Below are positions 1-8,483 of a stretch of DNA of 26,713 bases, in pieces. Each line of letters starts with the position of its first letter. The first letter of the stretch is position 1. Position numbers and translations under genes: made by a program. Source of the stretch: Nitrososphaeraceae archaeon (lineage in GTDB: Archaea; Thermoproteota; Nitrososphaeria; Nitrososphaerales; Nitrososphaeraceae); NCBI GenBank assembly GCA_035297365.1, contig DATGZA010000065.1, positions 1 to 26,713 on the forward strand. The letters are read 5' to 3'. The notes beneath the pieces were generated by a model. That model ran no database searches. It worked only from the letters and a program-made list of their open reading frames with translations, and had not been told where the DNA came from.

Positions 1-360
1 CATTATATTTCCATGAAGTTCAACAATATTTTTGCTGCCAGCTCTTCTATGCAATCCATCTATATTTTGTGTCAAAATGGTGGTATTTTTCAACCTTTCA
101 ATTTCTGCTATTGTTAAATGTCCAAGATTGGGTTCGCAACCTAAAATCAGTTTTTGTCTATCCTGATAAAATTCCCACACCAATTTAGGATCCTCATAAA
201 ATCCGGATATAGATGCAAGTTTCATAGGATCGTATTTTTTCCACAGACCTCCAGGACCTCTAAAGGTTGGTATACCACTTTCTTCTGATATCCCGGCTCC
301 AGTCAGAAAAACAAAATTATCTGAATTTTTGAGAATGGATTTTAGAGACTCTTGCGTCAT
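1..360 (-). CDS. cobB: NAD-dependent protein deacylase (sirtuin, CobB type); 5' part only, runs off the window edge
   Basis: Not in the ORF track. Hand translation from ATG at 360 gives 120 open codons: MTQESLKSILKNSDNFVFLTGAGISEESGIPTFRGPGGLW...TQNIDGLHRRAGSKNIVELHGNIM. These contain the sirtuin motifs GAGIS.ESGIPTFRG, TQNIDGLH and ELHG. Confidence 0.95.
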   Translation of the reverse strand, partial: MTQESLKSILKNSDNFVFLTGAGISEESGIPTFRGPGGLWKKYDPMKLASISGFYEDPKLVWEFYQDRQKLILGCEPNLGHLTIAEIERLKNTTILTQNIDGLHRRAGSKNIVELHGNIM

Positions 361-587
361 TTATTTAATATTTCAGCTACAAATATTTATTTTAGCCTCT
401 TCTAGGATATTATATTGTTTTCTGCAGATAAGATTCAGATCGAATCTATCTCCGCTTACTTTTTTTATGAAGAATTTATGTATCATAATATCAAAATTTC
501 TTTTATTTCATAATCAGATTGATGAAATTATTTTATAAAGAAAATATTGAATTTATTTATGAAAAAAGTACTTTGTGAAGATATGTA

Positions 588-1022
588 TTATTTCATGTTT
601 TCTTTTATCTTATCAACAATTTGTCTCATCGTATTACTGTCTAGATGTGGCCTATTTTTTTTAAACAATGAATGAATAGGACCACCGCCATCCCCATATG
701 TTCTTGGGATGACATGAATATGAACATGAGGTATCTCTTGTCCTGCTTCTCTTCCATTATGAATTGCTATGGTGGAACTATTTACGTTCAAGGATCTTTC
801 TAAGGGTTCTGTTATTTTCAACAACAGATCAAATAATCCTATCGAACATGCTTTGCTCATCTGATTAATTTTTGAGTAGTGAGTTTTTGGGATAATAAGA
901 GTATGACCTACTGCTAGTGGATATGCATCAAGAAATGCTAAAGCTTGGTCATTTTCAGTGATAAAATTAGTTGGGATTTCATTTCTGACAATCTTACAAA
1001 AAATACATGGTTGTTCATACAT
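588..1022 (-). CDS. HIT family nucleotide hydrolase (Hint type)
   Basis: CIFCKI, GHTLIIPK.H and the histidine triad HVHIHVIPR. The ORF track opens at 1055, but ATG 1022 (MYEQPCIFC) fits the usual family N-terminus better. Confidence 0.93.
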   Translation of the reverse strand: MYEQPCIFCKIVRNEIPTNFITENDQALAFLDAYPLAVGHTLIIPKTHYSKINQMSKACSIGLFDLLLKITEPLERSLNVNSSTIAIHNGREAGQEIPHVHIHVIPRTYGDGGGPIHSLFKKNRPHLDSNTMRQIVDKIKENMK

Positions 1023-1349
1023 ACCAAATTTATCAAAATTAAATAATAAAATCATTTATTTTTTAAAATGTCAAGGCAGGCTACGACTCTCCTGAAGTCT
1101 AGATCTATCTGAACTTTGTCTTAAATTCTTTATTTGACTTCAATTAACTAATTATTTCTCTATAACTGATTTGATATATCTTAAATGTTTAGATATTTGA
1201 TTGATATAAAACTAATTCTTTTTTTTAAAAACTAATATCCATTAATCTACATTGATTTAATATTTTTTTACTAGATAAGATTGATTAATCATTATAAATA
1301 AACCTTCATTAATATAACCTATTTCTAATATAAAATATATATTAAAAAT

Positions 1350-1637
1350 ATGGGAAGATACAGGAACCACTCTAGTTCAGCTAATAATGGTCTACTAATG
1401 CGATTACTAGGATATGCTTTAACTAAATTTATTATTCCGTTTGTCATTCTAATAATGCGAGCAATAGCATATGCCATAATTACATTTATTATTCCGTTTG
1501 TCATTAATTTGATAAAAACAAAACTCGGTGATCAACAACGTCTTTTATGTACTAAATGTCATAGAAAATTAGAAGTAATTGATAAAGGCAATCTTTATTG
1601 CAGAAATTGCAAAATAATTAAATTTGATCCCTATTAA
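1350..1637 (+). CDS. Small membrane protein with two repeated hydrophobic helices and a C-terminal zinc ribbon
   Basis: Hydrophobic 19-aa repeat twice, then CTKC...CRNC. ATG start with AT-rich TATA-like sequence upstream. Confidence 0.6.
   Translation: MGRYRNHSSSANNGLLMRLLGYALTKFIIPFVILIMRAIAYAIITFIIPFVINLIKTKLGDQQRLLCTKCHRKLEVIDKGNLYCRNCKIIKFDPY
1396..1505 (+). repeat. 57-bp period in-frame tandem duplication
   Basis: Identical 22-mer atttattattccgtttgtcatt at 1427-1448 and 1484-1505. taatgcga and atatgc also recur at the 57-bp offset. Confidence 0.85.
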
Positions 1638-2123
1638 TTAGCAGAAACTTTAAATTCATTAATTTTATTAACCTAAAACATTTAATTTTTCTACAGAAAT
1701 GTTGACATCTAATTACTAGAAATAATAACGGTAATCTTAATCATGATTTTAAGTAAAATTAACTAAAAATACTTTTACTGATTTTGAATTGTATAATTTA
1801 TTATGTTCTCAAATCAAAGTTGTGATTGAAAATTTGTCTTGGAAAAATGAACACAATAAAAAACTTTTAATTAGTGTTGTAAATATAAAAAAATTTGTAG
1901 AATTAAAAATCTAACCGATGTAAAGAAATTTAACAAATATTTATGATATAGTAATAAAAGGCATCATATCATCAATGATAAAATGCATTAGAAGAAACAG
2001 GCTTTCAAAGATTTCATATACTCATTTTCGTTAGATCGCAATTTTTGCCATTTAATTTTTTTATTTACAACATTTTTTTACTTCATTTTCTTTTTTTGTT
2101 CTTTTTATACAATAAAATAACTA

Positions 2124-2324
2124 TCACAACTGTATCATCTTATTAAAATTATTTCCATAAAAATGATTGAATCTCTTGAAAATAACAAGACATTGTTTAT
2201 TATCAAAATAATAATTTGATCCTGAAATATATTCGATAATAATATCTTTATCGTCAGTACATAATAGTGGTTTGCCACATAAGGAACAGACTGATTCAGA
2301 AAGATTTGTAATATTCATATCCAT
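2124..2324 (-). CDS. Stand-alone TRASH/YHS-like metal-binding domain protein
   Basis: CSLCG-x23-D-x3-C-x3-FKR-x4-YG. Clearly homologous to the kinase N-terminus (8484-9953) and to ORF 10034-10219. Alternative start ATG at 2318. Confidence 0.8.
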   Translation of the reverse strand: MDMNITNLSESVCSLCGKPLLCTDDKDIIIEYISGSNYYFDNKQCLVIFKRFNHFYGNNFNKMIQL

Positions 2325-2491
2325 GTTTTACTCTTATATAAAAAAACGAGAGAATCATCACAATCGCCATCATCATGATATTTGTGAATATATAGTGGAA
2401 GGATATCGCTATCTTGTTCCTTTCCTTTCATGACTTCAAAATCTAAAGTTTTCCATCTCCTTCCAAGAAATTCTGCTTGAGATAATTGCAT
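2315..2491 (-). CDS. Putative 58-aa small protein (below the ORF-track cutoff)
   Basis: MQLSQAEFLGRRWKTLDFEVMKGKEQDSDILPLYIHKYHDDGDCDDSLVFLYKSKTWI*. Minus-strand TTTATATT lies 22-29 nt upstream. Its TGA overlaps ATG 2318 of the next gene (ATGA). Confidence 0.4.
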   Translation of the reverse strand: MQLSQAEFLGRRWKTLDFEVMKGKEQDSDILPLYIHKYHDDGDCDDSLVFLYKSKTWI

Positions 2492-2647
2492 ATACTACAG
2501 TTGACATACTGAAATATAAAGCATATTATGTTTTTGGTTAACATATGAAAAATAAATCACCTGATCAGTTAACGTACATTAAGTCAAATATATGATATTG
2601 CCATAAAAAAAAGGTTAATTTGTATTTAGATACATTATTCAAGACAA

Positions 2648-2815
2648 AGCTTACTACGGTATCTTTACAATTTCCAAAAACATAAACGTCAGCTCCTGAT
2701 TTATCTATCAAGACATTATCACCATTTTCTCTAACCTAATACCATCTCCTTTCTCGCCAACAAGGATTTCATTATCACCTCTATCGTACAATACATCGTT
2801 TCGTTCAAATTCAAA
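2648..2815 (-). pseudogene. Degenerate remnant of an RTX/hemolysin-type Ca-binding repeat protein
   Basis: Two adjacent frames read NDVLYDRGDNEILVGEKGDG and ENGDNVLIDKSGADVYVFGNCKDTVVSF, resembling decayed GGxGxDxLx nonapeptides. There is a frameshift between them. Confidence 0.4.
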
Positions 2816-2932
2816 GGATCTTGCCAGTTGATGGAGAACTTTTTTGTGAACACATCGGTAATAATACCTATTTATTATTAAGATTTTTTATCAAAAATGA
2901 CCTGAACTATTCTTACGACGTTATTTGAATAA

Positions 2933-4039
2933 TTAGCCACCCATTACAGGTGGTTGTCGTAATAGCCATAGCTTCTTCTGATCATAAAATGACATTTGTT
3001 GTTCATCTGACTGTTCAAAATTGAGGTCATAGTGTGCATACAGAGCTAAAATTACAGGGGATCGAGACAAACCTGATTCTCCTGGAGTAGCATAGAGTAT
3101 AGAGTCTCCGTCGTCTCCACAAATAAACTGGCCTAAATTTGACTTCCAGAATATCCTAGGACTAATAACTATATCATATAATGGATGTTTTTTGTATTTA
3201 GAACCTGTTATTGTAGTAGGTGAACAATTATTAGTTTCTCTTAACGCAGTAAATTTTATAATTTCCGACGTAATTAGATAACTCTTTGAAATATTTATTC
3301 GCACAGGGTTGTTAAAAGCTCTAAAAAGTATTCTTAAATTGCAGATATTACAACTTTTTTTTGTTTTTATTGACACAAGATTACCATATCTTTCAGCAAT
3401 TATCAATCCATTATTTTCGGTCTCAAAATTATCAACGGTTGTAGACGATAAACATAAATCATTTTTTTCACAAGAATCAGAATAGTCTTTTTGTAATGAG
3501 ATCCTAGCTTTGCATAAACTTTTTAGAAATTTTTTGAAAATTGTTATTTCTATATTTATTAGAAATTTGTATTGTTTTTTCCCCTTAAAAGATTTTAACC
3601 CAATTTGAGTGGCAGTTAAAAAAATTTTGATATTTTTCTTGGCCTGATTATTTTTGATGTCATTCAACTGAGGATAGAAAAGTACGCAATTTCCAGTATC
3701 CCTTGTCATATACTCTGCATTCGTACCATATCCAATTTTGAAAGCGCCGTTTTCCTTATCTTCCTGTTCTATCTTCCAATTTATTTTAGAGTCCGCTGGC
3801 AACTTAAAAATATGACTTTGTTGATGTCTGCATAGTGCTTTTATGATAACATGACTTTTTACATCCAATTTAATTGAAATAGCATCTCTGATTCCAAAAC
3901 TGATTTCATTAATTGGAAAGGCAATATCAATATCACAATAACGATGTATTTCATAATCAACAGAGTAAAGATAATTGGATTCACTAACATGATCATCCTC
4001 ATAATTACCAGCACCATAATGTGATATATTATTAAACAC
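2933..4039 (-). CDS. Hypothetical protein, 368 aa
   Basis: Long open frame in very AT-rich DNA, GTG start. No family motif recognised. Confidence 0.7.
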   Translation of the reverse strand: MFNNISHYGAGNYEDDHVSESNYLYSVDYEIHRYCDIDIAFPINEISFGIRDAISIKLDVKSHVIIKALCRHQQSHIFKLPADSKINWKIEQEDKENGAFKIGYGTNAEYMTRDTGNCVLFYPQLNDIKNNQAKKNIKIFLTATQIGLKSFKGKKQYKFLINIEITIFKKFLKSLCKARISLQKDYSDSCEKNDLCLSSTTVDNFETENNGLIIAERYGNLVSIKTKKSCNICNLRILFRAFNNPVRINISKSYLITSEIIKFTALRETNNCSPTTITGSKYKKHPLYDIVISPRIFWKSNLGQFICGDDGDSILYATPGESGLSRSPVILALYAHYDLNFEQSDEQQMSFYDQKKLWLLRQPPVMGG

Positions 4040-4310
4040 TAGATTATTGAATACAGATTATTATTAATTAAGTATAGCTATGTTATTTATGTCAGCAACC
4101 AAATTTATAGTTGATAATTCAATCAAATTCTTTTTTTATTATTTAAGATTGATGAAATTTTATAACGTTTGGAGAAATTTAGATCTATTAAAAATCAATG
4201 ACAGAGGATAATCATGACATTCAACTTCAATGTGAAAGATATCATAATACTGAATTCATCTCTGAAAGATAAACTAGATTAAGCAACCTTCTGATAAAAA
4301 TAAGATTTCT

Positions 4311-5708
4311 CTATTCTATAGCACATGTTACGACTTTCTCTAGTAACCAAATTTTCTCAAAAGAGATAATATATGTAAATATAGATTCTTCTTTATTAGT
4401 ATAAACTGCAAAATATTTCTCTGTATCTTGTGTAGAATCTTTTTTTGTATCCAATACCATAGCTTTTTCTAAATCTACTAACATTATCATGGCGTCTGTT
4501 TTCAAAGGTTTTTCAAAGTATCTCAAATTTATATTTGGATTTTTAAATATTAACCTCTGTAAATTATTGTCTTTAACAAATGCAGATACATGCAGCAAAA
4601 TTCTAATGAATAGTCCTTCATTCGCTCTTTTATTAACAAGATATAACAGATCTTTTATTTCTGTCGCTTCCAACCACTTAGGTGCACAAATCAGGATACT
4701 TATTTCGCTTTTTGAATAATTTATCAATTCAAAAAGAAGAGTGTGAATTCTTTCTTTATGTTCTATATTTTCTATAAATGGCTTATTTTCTCCTAAAAAT
4801 TCCTTAAAATTTCCTCTAGAAGAAATTACCTGTCTATTGGATTCATCTGCATTAAACGTATCATCAAGGTCTTTATTTAGTAAATGACTGAGTTTGTAGT
4901 ACCAAATCAAAGCTGCGCTTAGAAACAAATATGCAAATGCATATATCAAATTCCATAGCCACTCAGTAACCAAAATAAGATCATCACTAATAGTTGATGT
5001 ATATGTATATCCAAAGTCTGCAATTGTTACCAATGTCATTGAAACACAGAATAACATCCAATGATAAATGAAAGGATCTTTTTTTGGTAACTTGTAAATA
5101 ATAAGAAGAGCAGAAATAAGCAAGATTGTATCCAATACATAGTACAAGATATTGATAGCAATTTCTAAAGATTCAGAATTGAAATCAATTCCATTGATTA
5201 TCATATGAACGGTTGTTACTACAGGAATTAAAGAAACCACAAAAGATACAAAAATAATAGTGCTACGAGAAATCGATTTATTCTTATTAACAACATTAAA
5301 CGATTTGTAAATATGATAAATGAGGAAACCGTATCCTATAAAATAAAACAATTCTGCAATAGACGGGTAAGGAACAGGAATATTTAGTACCGATTGATAG
5401 AACAAGTATGTAGCTTCGCCCAAAAACCAAAAAACTATGCCGATTAAAACAGCTTTGAACTTTCTGATCTCCATTTTTTTAATATGAGTAGTTATCAAAA
5501 GCAGCGATATCGCCGTACATATACCTAAAAATATTAATGTGACCATACTATTGTATTTATTAGTTTTTTCTATATCAATCAAATAGATTATTAAATAGAT
5601 AAAAAATGTGCTTACGGCAGCAGTTAGTAAAAAACCAGAGAACAGATATTTTAATTCATATTTTACTCTGAATAGGACATCTGTTTTTGAACTTTCGAGA
5701 TTATACAA
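4311..5708 (-). CDS. Multi-pass membrane sensor-like protein with a C-terminal PLD/TrmB-effector-like domain and no kinase domain
   Basis: About 8 hydrophobic segments including W.LGE...PYPSIAELFY. The C-terminal domain (SKSEISILI...IRILL...IMLVD...YTN...FEKIW) parallels the middle domain of the kinase. TTG start. Confidence 0.8.
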   Translation of the reverse strand: MYNLESSKTDVLFRVKYELKYLFSGFLLTAAVSTFFIYLIIYLIDIEKTNKYNSMVTLIFLGICTAISLLLITTHIKKMEIRKFKAVLIGIVFWFLGEATYLFYQSVLNIPVPYPSIAELFYFIGYGFLIYHIYKSFNVVNKNKSISRSTIIFVSFVVSLIPVVTTVHMIINGIDFNSESLEIAINILYYVLDTILLISALLIIYKLPKKDPFIYHWMLFCVSMTLVTIADFGYTYTSTISDDLILVTEWLWNLIYAFAYLFLSAALIWYYKLSHLLNKDLDDTFNADESNRQVISSRGNFKEFLGENKPFIENIEHKERIHTLLFELINYSKSEISILICAPKWLEATEIKDLLYLVNKRANEGLFIRILLHVSAFVKDNNLQRLIFKNPNINLRYFEKPLKTDAMIMLVDLEKAMVLDTKKDSTQDTEKYFAVYTNKEESIFTYIISFEKIWLLEKVVTCAIE

Positions 5709-5926
5709 CTATTTGTTATATATTACTGATCCAATGATAATTATTTATTCTTTTTTCCATTCTTTTTTCCAGTATGATTTTCTCGTGTTTCTAATGTACT
5801 ATTATTTTTTTCAACCAAAAATATTGAATTAAAAAAATTTCAAATAACATATTCGATGTTTACCTAGAAGACATGTTTATTATTATCAGACTTTTTGTAA
5901 TTTGTATCAACAATAATATTTTACTC

Positions 5927-5950
5927 AAATTTTTCGGCGCCGAAAAATTT
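5927..5950. promoter_or_regulatory. Perfect 24-bp palindrome AAATTTTTCGGCGCCGAAAAATTT; candidate ParB-binding (parS-like) site
   Basis: Self-complementary over all 24 bp with no loop. It has an 8-bp pure-GC core in AT-rich intergenic DNA and lies about 106 bp past the parB stop. The palindrome is certain; the function is inferred. Confidence 0.6.
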
Positions 5951-6056
5951 TTGTTTGAAAAAATTACACATCCTGAAGTAAAATGATAGAAAAAATATAC
6001 AAAAAATGAAAATGAAAATAATGATAACGAAAATAATGGAAATGGAAAAAAATTAT

Positions 6057-6920
6057 CTAGATTTTCTTTTTCTCTTTTAGCAAGATATCTATCTGACTAT
6101 GAAGCATGTTTTTGTGCTGCATCAATATCTCATACACGGTCCAGTTATCCTCAACATCTTCAATTATGGAGGCCAGTTTATTCATTGCTACTCTCACTGC
6201 AATGATAGCCTTGTCAAAAGATTTCTGCGTCCTTGCATCAATATCAACGATCTTGGTTTGAAAATCAAAGATTTCTTCAGGATGCTCGGAGTTTTTCATC
6301 TCATCTTTTAACATACGTACCTGTCTTGAAGAAAGCTTTCTCTTTTTAATCAATTCAGCCAATTTAGATTGAATTTCTTTCTCTTTTATTGGAAGCAATT
6401 CCTCTGCAAGACTTGGTTTTATCTCGTTGTTTGAGATTGATTCGATTAGAGTTTCGGGAAAAGTTAACATCCTTATGCGTTTATCAATATAACTTGCACT
6501 TTTACCCAATTTTGTAGCAAGCTCAGATATTCCACCCCAACCGTAGGTAGATACGTAATCTTTGAATGCACGTGCTTCATCTATTGGATTTAGATTTTTA
6601 GAGTGAATATTTTCCATCAGGGATACTTCAAAAGCATCTTTGTCATCAAGTTCTACAACATGACAGAGAATTTTACGCCATCCAAGCATTTTACAAGCAT
6701 TGTATCTTCTTGTACCAGCAACAATTTCGTATTTTGAATCATCAGTCATCCTTACAATTATAGGCTGAAGAAGACCTTTTTCCTTTATAGAATAACATAA
6801 TTCATGCATATCCTCATGCAGATTATTTCTGTAATAGTACTTGAATGGTTTAATCTTTGAGATGTCTACATTCTCTAGGACTCCAATTACACTGTTTGAA
6901 GTGGAATGGATTTTTTGCAT
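6057..6920 (-). CDS. parB: ParB/RepB/Spo0J family partition protein
   Basis: SIKEKGLLQPIIVR, YEIVAGTRRY.A (GxRR CTP-binding motif), EN...LNPIDEA, and HTH SELATKLGKSASYIDKRIRML. Own TATA-like TTATATA about 22-28 nt upstream. Confidence 0.93.
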   Translation of the reverse strand: MQKIHSTSNSVIGVLENVDISKIKPFKYYYRNNLHEDMHELCYSIKEKGLLQPIIVRMTDDSKYEIVAGTRRYNACKMLGWRKILCHVVELDDKDAFEVSLMENIHSKNLNPIDEARAFKDYVSTYGWGGISELATKLGKSASYIDKRIRMLTFPETLIESISNNEIKPSLAEELLPIKEKEIQSKLAELIKKRKLSSRQVRMLKDEMKNSEHPEEIFDFQTKIVDIDARTQKSFDKAIIAVRVAMNKLASIIEDVEDNWTVYEILMQHKNMLHSQIDILLKEKKKI

Positions 6921-6996
6921 GTGAAATATTCAGTTACAGACTATATAACCTTGTTGGACCTACGTAAGAACTATAAAAAGAATTATTTTTTATTTT

Positions 6997-7863
6997 CTAG
7001 TCATTTGTTTCTAATTTTTCTATAAGTGCGTAAATCTTGCTTGTAAATGGATGTTCAGGATATAGCAAACTGGTAAGAAATTCTTTTTGACTAAACTGGA
7101 TATCACAATAACATGGTATTTCTGAAATAATATCCAGATTTATGTCGCGGGATAATTTTTGCAATGTACTTTGTTGAGTTTGTTGAGAAGAAAAAGAAGA
7201 CCCATCTTTTCCTTTATTATTTAATGTTATCAATGGATGATGCTGCTCTGGAGGAATGGTACAGTAACCGGAACCTCTATTTAGTAAAAGATAACACATT
7301 GTTCCAAATTTAGTAAATGAGCCATAAATCTCACTGGCCATTCTTTTGGTACCGTCAACATCAAGGTCACCCATTTTCAATGTCAAAAGAACGACGTCGG
7401 AAACAGCAAGAGCATTGATTGACCAATATCTCACTCCTGGACTTGTGTCGATGATGATAAAATCAGCATTTTTTTTCATTATCAGTTCTTCTCTTAATAG
7501 TATAAAGTTTCTAAGGAATTGCATTTGAGAACCTTGTTTAGATATGTTTCCATCCAGTTTGTAAATTTCTTCCTTATTGGAGTTTGCCATACTTACAAAT
7601 AATTTACCTTTTATATCAGATGAAATTGTTTTAGTAATATCAATACAAATGTCATCAACTGAGGCATTACCGAAAAGAAAATCATTTATCCATTTTTTTG
7701 GATCTTTTAAGTCAAAATATGAACCCAAACTTGGAGCATAAACATCGAGATCTAAAAGAAATACCCTATATCCTTTCTTTGCCAATAGTACACTGAGATT
7801 GGTTGCTATTGTTGTCTTGCCTGTTCCACCTTTGTAAGAATGAAAAGCAATGCATCTAGTCAT
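6997..7863 (-). CDS. MinD/ParA family ATPase
   Basis: Deviant Walker A KGGTGKTT, LLDLD, and Walker B IIIDTSPG. Directly upstream of parB. Confidence 0.92.
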   Translation of the reverse strand: MTRCIAFHSYKGGTGKTTIATNLSVLLAKKGYRVFLLDLDVYAPSLGSYFDLKDPKKWINDFLFGNASVDDICIDITKTISSDIKGKLFVSMANSNKEEIYKLDGNISKQGSQMQFLRNFILLREELIMKKNADFIIIDTSPGVRYWSINALAVSDVVLLTLKMGDLDVDGTKRMASEIYGSFTKFGTMCYLLLNRGSGYCTIPPEQHHPLITLNNKGKDGSSFSSQQTQQSTLQKLSRDINLDIISEIPCYCDIQFSQKEFLTSLLYPEHPFTSKIYALIEKLETND

Positions 7864-7936
7864 TTCCTTACAGAAAAAGGTGCCATAAACCCACTAATAA
7901 ATGTGTGATAGATATATCGGGATTATACTTCATTTT

Positions 7937-8305
7937 TCATACTAGTACTTTTTCGATATGTTTCAAGAGCTCATCTATTGAGATAGGCTTTTGTATAAAG
8001 CACTTATGATCCATATTTGGGTATTCCTCTAATAATCCTTCATAATATGCCTTAAATGAAGTTATGAAACAGACTCTCAGATTGGTATCTATTTTTTTTA
8101 ATTCCTGAACTAGTTCAAATCCGTTCATTCCTTGCATTCTGATGTCTATAAGAGATAAATCGTAAATTCCAGGTTTAAAATTATTTAAAGCAATTTCAGG
8201 ATCATTAAAGGTATCAACGCTATAACCACTGTTTTCTAATCCTAACTTGAAGGATAAAGTAGTACCTTGATCATCGTCAACAATGAGGATCTTCTTTTTT
8301 TCCAT
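7937..8305 (-). CDS. Single-domain response regulator (receiver only)
   Basis: ILIVDDD acidic pocket, phospho-acceptor in LIDIRM.GMNG, FITS and KP. 122 aa with no output domain. Confidence 0.95.
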   Translation of the reverse strand: MEKKKILIVDDDQGTTLSFKLGLENSGYSVDTFNDPEIALNNFKPGIYDLSLIDIRMQGMNGFELVQELKKIDTNLRVCFITSFKAYYEGLLEEYPNMDHKCFIQKPISIDELLKHIEKVLV

Positions 8306-8404
8306 AATGAAAACTCGTTTACAAAATTTAATAATGATTATATATAAAAATATTTACCACAAAAAATATAGAATTGTAACTATGAAGTTTAAAACGAATT
8401 GGAA

Positions 8405-8426
8405 ACTGACTGACTGACTGACTGAC
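8405..8426. repeat. (ACTG)5.5 tetranucleotide simple sequence repeat
   Basis: actgactgactgactgactgac, intergenic between the kinase and the response regulator. Confidence 0.9.
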
Positions 8427-8483
8427 ATTATGGAAAAAGGAAACCGGAAATTGCAGGAAACGTAGAAAGATGATTAAAGAAAG

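Noticed and set aside
1-360. Anti-phage SIR2 effector (Thoeris/DSR type)
   Set aside because: The motifs (GIPTFRG..GLW, TQNIDGLH) are those of housekeeping CobB deacylases, and there are no defence neighbours.
5927-5950. Palindrome as an intrinsic terminator or canonical bacterial parS
   Set aside because: It has no loop, and a pyrimidine-rich tract more typical of archaeal termination already follows parB (about 6000-6056, minus strand). The sequence differs from TGTTTCACGTGAAACA. A terminator role is not fully excluded because T-runs flank it.
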